NCBI GenBank assembly: GCA_023213395.1 | Contig: CM041465.1 | Span: forward strand, 79,863,741-79,927,740 | DNA length: 64,000 nt | Source of the DNA: Cycas panzhihuaensis | Lineage: Eukaryota > Plantae > Cycadophyta | Direction: 5' to 3' | Shown: one piece after another, positions 27,720 to 39,049 of the stretch | How the letters are laid out: every line of letters begins with the position of its first letter | Position numbering within the stretch: the stretch's first letter is position 1 | Translations under genes and position numbers: made by a program | Notes under the pieces: generated by a model | What the model saw: only the letters and a program-made list of their open reading frames with translations | Told to the model about the DNA's origin: nothing | Databases searched by the model: none

Positions 27720-29489
27720 AGTGTTCATTCTATTTTTCTATTTGTATCACCCTCGCCACTTCACCGTGTCTCAGTACAATTCAATAACCAATACTTAGCT
27801 CCAATAATGAATTCAAGATTTGTATCTAGCCAATTATTTGAAGAACATCAACTCCTTCAACAAGATAAGCACTTAAACTATCATTTGGATCTATATGGCT
27901 ATAGAAAAACGCCACTCACATGGCCATGGCACTAGATTTCGCCCTGTGTGGAATATAATGATCTTCCTTTCACTTCCATGTAATTAAATTGAACGCTAGG
28001 CTTAATTATGTCTCCTTCAAATCTTCCATCATTGCTATATCTTCCATTGGTTGGAAATTATCATTTAGTACTAACTCCATTACCCATGGTTCAAGTCTCT
28101 TCCTTTTTTAAAAATTTTATGGGATAATATTTCTCCTTTGATCTTGTGCATATCAAACTCTCATGGGTTTTTGCTTCAATAATGTCTTCAATTGCAAATA
28201 TCTCCACATGCCTTCAAAATCTCTCTCTCTCTCTTCTTTCTTTTCGAGCATTTGACTCTATATGTGTTCTGTAATACAACACATATTAAGCACGAATTTT
28301 TGTGGTTTTGTGGACTTACCAATGTCTTTTTATAAACTACTTAACTACTTCAATTGTTGTAGTTTGCCACTATTATTCAATTCTTTTGAAATGCTAGCTC
28401 AATTTTAGTAGCATCCATTTTCATGGGCATTCTTGAGTCTGCTATATGGGTTATATATATTTGATATCTACCCACAATCCATCGCCATAGTAGGATGATC
28501 AAGTCTACATTTATGATCTTTATACATGAACTAATAATGCTCACTTCTCAACTAATGTACATACTCCTTATTACTCAATGAAGAGTACGCATGGAAATTT
28601 TGATAATTGGAGTGACACCTTAACAAAATTTCTATTTGGTGATGTTCTTCGTGGTGTGAAAATGATCCAAACTACTATTTTATTATGTATTAAAAGGAAG
28701 AAGATAAAGACCTAAAAAAAATTATTGCCAAGGTCAAGGAAGACTTCAAGAACTTCTAACCTATATGTCCATGAGATGAAAATTTGATGTACCGTAGATC
28801 TATTTATGATGAGGTTGCCATCACTCTAAAAGTTGTGCATTTGATTGATAAATGTTAGTACAATCTAGTTTCATACATTATTTCTAAGCATTAAAATGGT
28901 CACTCTTTATTCAAATGTTCTTCGCAACACAAGAATGAAGTTAGAGGCTTTCTTGAATTTTATATAAAAGATAGATTTTTATTATGTAGTATTTAGGTAT
29001 TATGTACACATGGAACACCAAATAAATTTTCTATTTTACATGGATACGATAAAATATCAAACATACTTTTTTTTCTGTATCTCCCGGACGTTTTTTTTTT
29101 TTTTAAATATCTAGAAGAGAACCTCTAATCACACTTTGTTACAAGAAGGGAGACCCCCAAGGTCTAGATTTTTGTACCGCCTTTGTACTGACCATGCTTG
29201 GAATTCATACCATCATCACACAATTAACACACACTCAACAGACTTTGATCAAACTACTATCTTTATAGCAATAGACACTGATTAGACTACTTCTCTATAA
29301 AGTGATTTACACTTGTGAATTTTAAACTTATCACTCTTGAAAATCGCTACAATTTATCAATCCACCCAATTCCATGAGACTTCAATATCTCTAAATATTA
29401 AATTTGATGGTTGTTACCTGTTTTTTTTGTTGTATTTCAAAAGACTATTAAGTGAAAAGCTTCCAAAGAACTATCTGAATTTTTTTTTT

Positions 29490-30090
29490 TTTTGGGATGT
29501 AGTTCAATGGTTTTGTGGCGAAACACATTGGTGAGATGGCAGGCATATTGTTAGAAGTAGGGACAACAGATTTTCCAGCGAACTGCAGAGGGTTTTGGTT
29601 TTACACGATTGGGCAATGTCAAGGTCTTGGTATGCCTAGGGGGCCATGGTGTGTCGTTCGAAAGGACATTCCAAATCATGTTGCGTTTGCGTTTGCGTTT
29701 GCTTGAAGTATGTATTTCTTGTTGGCTCATTAAACTGGAATTTACGCTCCGTCATGGCATGAAATTATATGGCTGTGATTTTGAGTTTGTGAAAGCAAGT
29801 CTTGATAAAGAAAAAGAGATTCCTTACCCTGAGGAGTCCCTCGACAGTTTGCTATGGTGAGGCTATCAGAAGATGAATCTACCACAAGCCATCAATTCTC
29901 GCTTCTCGATAAATTTGGCACCAATTGCCAAATAAAGGCTATGCCTGTGATCTTAGCCCAATGTTTTTAAAAGCTAGAAACCTACAATTCTTGCTCTCTG
30001 AGTCCTATATAAGCTTTCAATCGTGCACTTGACTTTCAATGACGTATCCAGTTTGTTGGGCTCGGGAATAATCTTGGATACGGTGAGGCG
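29490..30090 (+). pseudogene. mnmA: tRNA-specific 2-thiouridylase MnmA, C-terminal half, processed pseudogene
   Basis: FNGFVAKHIGEMAGILLEVGTTDFPANCRGFWFYTIGQCQGLGMPRGPWCVVRKDIPNHVAF, then VGSLNW, LRHGMKLYGCDFE, FAMVRLSEDE, LLGSGIILDT. Colinear with plant MnmA (GFWFYTIGQRQGL.LPGGPWYVV.KD; VRHG; GSGVIL). Confidence 0.88.
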
Positions 30091-30180
30091 TTCGATGCAT
30101 CTTTAGCATCGGGATATACGGGGTATTCGAGAGGCCCGTTTACGTTCTACATTGCGGAAACCAGGGAGATCATATAAGCC

Positions 30181-30244
30181 GGCACATGTAAGGTTGGTAG
30201 TAGTTCAAGAAACCCACCAAGTGTTTGACAAAATGCCAGAATGA
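30181..30244 (+). pseudogene. Pentatricopeptide-repeat (PPR) motif fragment
   Basis: GTCKVGS/VQETHQVFDKMPE* (1-bp indel), resembling PLS-class PPR helix B 'KCGSI.EA.QVFDKMPER'. Very short. Confidence 0.5.
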
Positions 30245-30398
30245 AGTTCTTGGCTGTTCTACCTGAATGCAGTCCTGTGGACCTAATCGATGAAGTTCAG
30301 GCTAATGATATACTGCTAGCTTTAGCGAGAGGATTCTGGTACCCTTTTTCTTGGTCCATTGAAGGCAGTTTAGAGTCGGGTTTGTTGGGTTGTATACG

Positions 30399-31380
30399 AT
30401 GGAGTGGCAGAAGTTAGAAGGGTTTCGCCTTCGCATTTCTCGTATGTTCAATCTTTTTGACCTTCAGTTACCCCCGCAAGGTGACAATCAATCAAATATT
30501 GATTTAAAGACGAGCTGGTCCACTAAGCGTTTTGGTTCCAATGGGAGAAGATTTAAACGCCTGGTATTTTGTAATTTGGCATATAATGTCGTCTGTTTAT
30601 TCTAGTCATTTTTAATGACGAACGTTTGGTCTGCAAGTAATACTAGTAGAGTACCTTTGCTGAAATTCTAGAACCCCAGCATTACAAATACTGGCCGGCA
30701 TTCGGTATCGAAGCATCGAAGTGCATTAGCTATGCTGCCCAGATTTTGGCTAAGTCCTCAAAAAGTGATTCCAGTAATACTGATGGGAACAGTGTTTCGT
30801 GGGATCATATATACTTTGCCTGGATATATATGCACTTTTCTTGTTGCTGGCGGTGTATCTGCATTTGCGCTTTTTAAGAGCGGTTCAAAGTCTATAAGCA
30901 AGCTTGCACATCCAAATGCACCATTGGGTTATGGACTATGTCTTCACAATTTTACATTGCATGGATTCACCGATGCAACTCAAGATGCTATGATAAAAAG
31001 GCATCCCAAAACAAATGCATGGGGTATCATGCTAGGGATGAATCTTCAGAGGTTAATCTACTCTGTACTTCATATGTTTGGATGGTCGGGTGATGGTGAT
31101 TTTAAGGTAGTATAGCTCTGCAAGCTACACCCACAAGCTGCATGGGATATTTTGTTGTTCTGCCTCTGCGGGACAATACGATGGAATTTCCTCTTTATGA
31201 CCCTAAGCCAGTTTGGCTCTCTGATAAATACTACCTTAACCCCCACTGGATAGTTTGTTAGCATTCTTGTATTGTCATTGGTGAGTGGCAACCCATTGTC
31301 GTTCAAGCAATGGACCAGTGCATTCGTGGTGTTCGGCGGGATATCATCAAATCTTCTTGAAATGGAAATGGATGCAGCAT
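30399..31380 (+). pseudogene. UTR3: UDP-galactose/UDP-glucose transporter (UTR1/UTR3, SLC35B1 family) processed pseudogene
   Basis: STKRFGSNGRRF..., CISYAAQILAKSS, KVIPVILMG..CTFLVAGGVSAFAL..ISKLAHPNAPLGYGLC..GFTDATQD..PKTNAWGIMLGMNL..HPQAAWDILLFCLCG..FGSLINTT..GNPLSFKQW..QIFLKWK. Colinear, no introns, several stops and frameshifts. Confidence 0.93.
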
Positions 31381-33289
31381 AGGAGCAAAGTTACCCAAGC
31401 AAAATTTGAGGGCCATTATTTGAAGAGTGGACTGGCGTTGTGCAATAACATCTTCTTAAGACATTGCCATGTTAAATTGACAAATGGGGAGGGCCATCTG
31501 TAATGGGAAATGATGGCACCGATGTAATTCTAAAACACACCTTGGAGCTTGCTTTTCTCCTTGTCTGGGTTTATTATACATTGCACTCAGAGTTAATAGG
31601 TAGTCAAAGCGATAAGTTGGAAAGTTTAAGTAAGGTGTATCAATGGCAGCAGTGATAATGACGATCTGAGTATGAAGGGGGCTGCTCGGTGGGAACAACT
31701 GGGGACTTTAGCACCTATCAATTGTTTTCTGGATCAAGGTTATGGTTTGATATTGTCAACAGCTCCGAGTACGTAAGTGAATCAATCAGACTCTGTTTTT
31801 CCCAGTACGGTCTTTCCTACAGTTCACTTTTTGCTGGTGAGGGTACCTGGTCGTCCAATTGAATGATGCTTGATGAAATTGAAGAGCTTTTCACATCAGC
31901 GACATCTAATGAACAATTAATTATTGCAACAGTTAATTCCATGTGATCTTTCATTCGGAAAGATGGCCATGCAGTGCATGAATCACTGTCCGCCACAAAT
32001 TTTGAACACTCAGGTGTAGGTTATGTTTCGGGAAAAGCTATCAAAGTAGAAAATGATGCTAGAAAATATTTCCAGCAACTATTGCCATAGTAGCTGAAGG
32101 TACAGAACTGCTGTATGACATACTTGAGGATGCGAAAATGGTTTATTTCAAGAGTTCTAGGAGGCAGTCATAGTTGGTCGGTAGTTATAGTTAGTTGGCG
32201 GTTCGTAGTCAGTTGGAAGAGAGTTGCATATACCTTCCTATATAGAGGATTATGATGAATGGCACAAATAACAATCATTTTTGTCCCCGGGTACTTCTCC
32301 TTAGCTTCTCTTGTCTTCATCATCCTTCTTTCCACCTTGTTTCCTATTTCTGTTTATTCCCCCCTCAGTCACTTCCTTCTCCTTTCAGGTTGCATACTTG
32401 AAGACAGATTCTTATCAGGTAGTTCAGTACCTTCTTGGTTGCTCAGTTTGGATCATCTTCGAGTTCTTGTTTCAAGTTTTGATGTATTTTCAAAGAAGTG
32501 CTGGTTATATCTGCTTCCATTCATATGTACATTTCAAACCTGCTATGTGACAAACTTCTATTAATCTATTTATATCTGTTTATTGAAAGCAAGTTTAAGA
32601 GCTTCATGGTGGCAGTCTGACTCTCCTATTCCCCTCACTATTCAAAGTGGTGTTTTCATACTTGTTTCCCATTTCTTCCTTTTCATCATCAATAATTCTC
32701 ATACTCTTTCAATTTTACTAGTGATGATGACGTTGTACCTCACTTTGCATGCAACATATGTATCATATCTGTTTGACAGCTTCTACCTTGTATTTTAACA
32801 TTTGATTATTGGGAATTTAGCCATCATTGTCTGAATAGGGCTTACTCTTTTCTTTAGTTATACTGCATTTTTGTGGTTTATCTTGAAAACTCTTTGCAAA
32901 CTAGTTCTTTACTTTCTAATTCAGATATCTGGAGAAACACAGAAATTCAGGCTGACAGTTTTAGCAACCATATCATGGACACCATCTCTCCAGTCATTCT
33001 TTTGCTCTTTTTGCCCTTTACACCCATGTGGTGTAGTTTATCTTTGCCAACCTGGATTCCTCCACAAAGCCATATACTTGCGAGCACAGAACTTAAGGTA
33101 TTGAAGAAGAGTTCCAACACTCTCCTCTTGATAGAAAACTGAGAAGAACAGCTGTTACATCTTCTGCTGCTTTTGTTGAGCAGAACTTTGAAGAGAAACA
33201 AATTCTGAGATCTAATCGAGAAAGGCACTTTTACTTTTGAGAAAGCGAGTCAAACCAGGATTCTGTCACAGATGTGGGTGACTGGAATA

Positions 33290-34340
33290 ATAGGAGAATT
33301 CAAAACCAGCATGAAGCAGATCCACTTTCTTGGCTCAGAAACAGTCCATTGGATCTTGGGAATGATTTACATGATTTTCCAGATAAGGCATGGGCTTTGA
33401 TGCCTAAATTTAAAGGAGACAAATCACCATTTACAGGCAAGCAACATGTTTAAGCCTCTTCTAATAAGGCTCATATGTTTAACATATGACATTCTGATGT
33501 AGCAGTCCATCTTTTTGTGCATACATTTGAAGTTGAGGCTTTACTCTAGTACTAATCTTTACCCAATGCTTCTATATGTAGCTGAGAATATTTGATGAAT
33601 GCTTTGAAGCCAAGTCTTTTAGTAAAAAGACTATGCTAACTCTTGTCAGAGAATTATCTAACATCAAAAAGGGATCCAAAGAGTCCATTCAAGAATACAT
33701 TGAGAGGTTTTGTAGGCTTGTGAAGAGAATCAATCCAGATTTCCGCCCAAAGGAGCTATGTGAAAAAGAATGGTTCATGAAGGGTTTGGATAGAGAAATT
33801 AGACTCCCAATCATTCATAAGTTTCTAGAAACTTCAGAGGAGGCCAAATGGTTGTTTCTAGAGATTGAGTTGGCTAACACATACTAGTGTAGACTGTGAA
33901 AGTTTGGGAGTGTTGACAAGCACCTCTCAGATATTGGTATATGGATAGACATCCATGCATAGTAAGCTTTGCTGGCTACTAGAAGCTTTGGTGCATGTGG
34001 CTGTAGTTGTGACATGTCGGGTGTTGCAGGTGGATTGGAGTGGTTACGGGGCACATATATTAGTTTTTTCTTTTTTCTTTTGTTTGTTTTTCAGACTATT
34101 TACTCCTGTCAATGGAGCGGAGTAAATAGTTGCGGGGAAAGTGCATTGGAGATTTCTATTGACAATGCCTCCTTGTGGAGATAATTTCATCCCTAGCATA
34201 AAAAGAGTTGATACTATTCTAGATCCTAATTCCATTGCAACTTCTTGTATGGATCCTCAAACTTTTGCATCCTATAAGAAGATGCAAAATAAGAATGCAC
34301 ACCTAAAGAACGTTTTAAAAGGAAAATAAATACTATGATG
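33290..34340 (+). pseudogene. gag: Gypsy gag remnant interrupted by Helitron 33884-34181
   Basis: MPKFKGDKS..QHV..AVHLFVHTF..SLPNASI; IKKGSKESIQEYIERFCRLVKRI..KEWFMKGL. Confidence 0.8.
33884..34181 (-). mobile_element. Non-autonomous Helitron (~298 bp)
   Basis: Minus strand begins TC(TCCACA) and ends CACTAG with a subterminal hairpin. Inserted between A and T with no TSD. Excision restores the gag frame (..ANT-Y-NFIPSIKRV). Confidence 0.75.
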
Positions 34341-34406
34341 CTAAAAGGTGTTAATTATTAATGTTTGTTTTTTGCTCATAACTTTAGGTTATGAGCCTTC
34401 CCTTAA

Positions 34407-34753
34407 TTTTTGTGCTGATAGGCGCCCTTAGGGCACATCGGTAGGGAGTTCTCACTTAGGCCTCCCAATTACTCCTGTGTAAAAGAGAGAATAATAAACA
34501 AAAAAAAAGTTGAAGTTTTATGGACGCATTGTACATGCACATGGGTGTAGACTACCCAACTATTCAATTCAATAATTCAACTATTTAATAAACATGATAT
34601 CCAATACATTCTTCGCTCGATGAGTGTCCCATAAAACCTCTGACTATTTAATTGTACAACCACACCTAACCTACGAGACAAATGGGAGGCCTGATACCAA
34701 TGTTGTTGATGGATTGCCTATTGGCGCAAGCAGACTGCAAAGTCTGTCACTAG
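34407..34753 (+). mobile_element. Non-autonomous Helitron-like element (~347 bp) inside the 5' LTR
   Basis: Absent from the sister LTR (61434-61773). Ends with hairpin CAGACT-GCAA-AGTCTG then CACTAG|T. 3' end similar to element 33884-34181. Internal inverted repeats. Confidence 0.72.
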
Positions 34754-35588
34754 TTATATTTTATTAGATCTATTTTTTTTAATGTTTATGTGACTGATGA
34801 GTTAATGGGGGTTACAACTCTCACTTCATGTGTCATTTAATTAGGATTAATATTCTGTTCTAATATTGTATTTATGTACATACAATGCATTGTAAAAATG
34901 GTAGTAGTAATTGTTATGAGAGATGATTTTGGAATAACATTTTATCAAATATTTTAAAATTAATTTTCATATGTTTGATAGGTTAGTCCTTTCAATTTAG
35001 GTTTTCCATTGTATGCTTTGCAGTTAATGTAGTATCTGAGCTGATTATATGTGCAAAATGAGCAGTAATTGTTGGTTATTATACTTCTTCTGGTGTGTTT
35101 GTAGGATTAATCTTTGTTACATTGTGTGCGATCGTATTAGTTGCAACCCAATTAACATAATTGAACGGTTGCAACCAACTTGAGCCGTAGGCAAATATAA
35201 ATGTAATAGGAAAACGTTGTTGAGTAATCTTTGGTTTTTGGATTGTAATTGTTTTGACTGCTATTGCATGGAATGTAGCCATCCACATTCTGTGCCTTGC
35301 TATATTGGTTCTGATTTCTGTAATCTTTGGTTTTTGGATTGTAATCATTTTGACTACTATTGCATGGAATGTAGTCATCCACATTCTGTGCTTTGCTATA
35401 TTGGTTCTGATTCCTGTGTGTATTGTTCCAGGTTGTCTCTGATTGTGAGAGAACTAAAGGAACCTGTCATAATGCAATGATAATGGTTCTTGTCCTCATG
35501 ACATCGTGTGTTTGGATCTTAATGAATAATTGCTATTTCTATTGTTCTTGTGCCTGTTTCTATATGTGTTGAACGTAGCAGCACACAT

Positions 35589-35602
35589 TGGTTCCGTTGC
35601 CG
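35589..35602 (+). promoter_or_regulatory. Primer binding site complementary to tRNA-Glu
   Basis: TGGTTCCGTTGCCG is the reverse complement of the plant tRNA-Glu 3' end (...CGGCAACGGAACCA). Confidence 0.7.
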
Positions 35603-36144
35603 AATTGAGTCAGGGACGATGATGATGGGTGAGACCAAGTGAAAATGGATCCTCTTCTATGCCACCTAGAGTAGAAGCCAAATCGCGTTGCGATCAAGGA
35701 GAACGTTGGGAAAAGGAAAGCCTCCAAGTCAGAATACGTAAGCCTAGATTTATAATCACACCCAGGAAGCAGGTGAAGAGGCAACCATCTGCACATTCAA
35801 CGGAGAGGGGAAAGTCGAAAAATAAGGATGAAGTAAACATGCAAGATCTGGGCGTAGCCGAGACGCAGGCAAATGAAGAAATTGATTAGAGGTGTGAAAA
35901 AGAAGAGGATCCTATAAAAGAAGCACAACTAGCAAGCACTGACAAAAATAGTCAACAAGATTATGTGGAAGGAGAAAATTTGCGAAAAGAGGAAGTATTA
36001 ACACAAGAAGAAAATTCCATCGAGCTGGGGATATATAGTGTAGCAGAACAAGTTTGGAATCATCATTTGTTAGAAATTTGGAATCATCATTTGTTAGAAA
36101 TTTGAACTCCAAGCCACATAATAAATCCCGTTTTCAAACTACCA

Positions 36145-38150
36145 ATGGCGACTCTAGGTGGTAGTGTGGGAGGCGTAACAGACAGTAATGCACAAATAGT
36201 AGGAGGACAAATCGGGGTATCAGGTGGAGAAAACCAGGTAAGTACAACTCTATATATCATTGTGCAAAGTGATTCAATGTTCTCAAGCCTCCAATTTGAT
36301 GGAACTACAGATCTAGGCAACCATTTGGCGTTGTTTAAAAACATGATCCAAATCAAAAGGATTGCAAATCAGGGAGAAATAAAAGCTCGATTTTTTTCAA
36401 CATTGAGGGGACCTGTAGTGGTATGGTTTCAATATGTAGCAGCACAACAATTGAACTGAGATCAATTGCAAGAGCAATTGAGATCTAATAGCCATTTTAT
36501 AGGCTTTGGAAGAAATTTGACAGTATCCTAGGGAGTTTGTCAACAATTTTGATGGGAGGATGCAAGTTATTATGAATAAAATGCAGTCGACAACATTAAT
36601 CAATCCTATGTTAGTAATGAAGTATTTCGTACAAGGATTGATACCCCAACTTGGAGACAAAGTAATGCTACATCCGATGAACAACTATGAGCAAGTGAGG
36701 GAGTTAGCATTGAAATTCAAAAACCAAGTGAAATCAGCCTATTCCCAGATGGTGACACAACCCTCAACATATTTTCTAATAACAAGCATGGCAATACAAT
36801 CCACACAAATACCGCAGATGGGTACTAATCTAGAAATCGAAGCCTTGAAAAAAGAAGTGGAAGCATTGAAACAACAACCTGCAGTTTCTATCCTCAACAA
36901 TATGCAACACAACCGAGAGTTAGAGAAATTATGCACAGAGTTGTCATGTTTGCGGCTTGAAAAATCAAGGGAAGATATCTGGTATCCCCGACCTTGCAAT
37001 CAGCAAGGACATTTGAAAAATGAGCATGGAGAATCTACGAAATGGTGTGACAATTGTCGAAGGAATAATCATAACACATGGGGATGTTATTTCAGGCCCA
37101 AGAATAACGAAGGCGAAATTCATAATTTCTATTCACAAAAAATAGAATGTGGAATCTCAAGGCAATACAAGGGGAAGACAAGACCGATTCATTGTTTCCT
37201 ATGTCAGAGATGGGCACATTACAGATAAAGTGTCCACTAGAAAAGAAAGGAGGAGAATATATCTGTGAAGAATGCGGACCAACAGACCATAAATGGCCAA
37301 CTTGCCCAAAGAAAAACAAAGTGCATAATGCTAATTTGGTGGATGTGGTTTTGGATCAAGAAAAGTCTGCTTATCTGCAAACACGTAGCGACAAATCAAC
37401 AGGTCCTCCTCCCCTTTAAGATAATTTTCCGGATCCAACAGTGGAGAAGCAACGATTGCAGGAACCAGTAAAATTTCTTCAAGATGCCATGGGGGAAGTT
37501 CAACAGGAAGAGTCGCAACAAGGAAGATTCAAAGGCCTGCATTACAAAAGGAGAACAACACAACGGCAAGAAGGTATGAATCCTTGGCAATGGTTGCAAA
37601 CTGTAAAGGATATACTTATTGAATTAGGAGTGTTAATCCCTATATCAACAGTGTTTAAATGGTGAGAAGTGGGGTACTTCCAACAATTGGTATTAGATCA
37701 AATTGAAAAACTAGTTCTCAAAGCCATAAAAGACACAGAAATAGACCCCAGAGTCCCAATGATGGTTTTTAGAACAACCTTATGTAGAACTATTATAGAC
37801 GGGGACTGAGGAGTAAATGTATTACTCGAATCCTCATGGATAGCCTTGGGAAGGCCCAATGTGGTTGTCTCGGATTATTCCATTAGATTAGCCAATCAAT
37901 TACAAGTAAGGTCCATGGGAACACTGTTGAATGTCCCAATAATAGACGCAAAAGTAATTCTATTGTTGGATTTTGCAATAGTTTGGATGCAGGATCAAAG
38001 AAAGACTTATTCGGCCTTGTTGGGAAGGCCTTGGTTATTGGCTACAAAGGCAATTCAGGATTGGGGGATACATACATTCACACTACCAGTAGGAGAGAAG
38101 ATAGTGACCTTTCCATTATGCTCGAACGGGCCAAAGATAAAAAAGATTGA
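36145..38150 (+). pseudogene. gag: Gypsy gag (several zinc knuckles) and aspartic protease
   Basis: FDGTTDLGNHL..LRGPVVVWF; CDNCRRNNHNTWGC, CEECGPTDHKWPTC; IIDGD*GVNV..IRLANQ..LLGRPWL. Confidence 0.85.
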
Positions 38151-39049
38151 AGATGAAAGCAGAGCCTCATCCACAACAGCAACCACAAGATCTACAGTAA
38201 GTTCTTGTTTCGAAACAACCTTTCAAATGCAACCAATACTGCCAAATAACCCTTCATCATCCTATATGCTGAATTGGCTACACAATGCTTGGGAAGAGAT
38301 AGAACCAACTTCATGTTATCATTTGAATGCTGCATGGATCTTTCAAAAGAAGAGGACGAAGAAGAAAAACAACTAAAGTCACATCAAATAGAAAAGAATG
38401 TACAAGGAAAAATTGCTTCTATAGTTTGCGAACTACCTAAATATAATGGTGACCCAAAATAGGTAGAAAATTAGCTACAACAATGTATTAAAATAATGAA
38501 GAATAAATGGCAGTAACAATTCTGGTATCTTGTGTTTCCTTGTTCTTTGATAGTACAAGCTCGTATTTGGTATGACACGTATGTACAAAATTTCAATTCT
38601 TGGCAAGAAATGAGTAACATGTTTTTAATAAGATTCTAAAAGAATGAAGTTCCCTCGTTTTATAATAGGGATAATCCATACTCAGATGTGCAAAGGTGTG
38701 TTTAGAAATGGACAACATAAGAAATTCAAAAAAAAAGATTGGACTCAATATTGGGGGGTAATATTTAAAGGAATTTCCACTATCTGGTATAATTTTTGTG
38801 AAAGAATAAAACTGATAGAATGCGATGCGATAGTGGAAAATTTTTATTAGACTTTAACGGTCCAAACGAACACATTCAAGGAATTTTACAAAAATTTAAT
38901 GAAAGAACCCTAGAAAAAGAAGAGCATTGTTTTCAGATTGAAATTAAAGAGAGAATTTTGTAGGAACAACAAATCATTCTGCTTAGTTATTTTGCATTGG
39001 AATATGGAGATCGTAGTATAGATATCACGCTAGCATACACATTAAGTCT

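Noticed and set aside
27720-29420. Possible gene or NB-ARC/gag fragments and poly(T) tracts as retrocopy tails
   Set aside because: Only short ambiguous motifs. No TSD or recognisable domain could be supported.
29490-30090. Bacterial mnmA horizontal transfer or contamination
   Set aside because: Motifs (HIGEM.G, GFWFYTIGQ, GPW.VV.KD) match the plant nuclear form, and the copy is decayed and embedded among plant TEs.
34690-34706. CTGATACCAATGTTG as reverse-complement PBS plus LTR start (TRIM)
   Set aside because: No LTR pair or TSD. The same ACCAAT segment aligns with the 3' region of the neighbouring Helitron.
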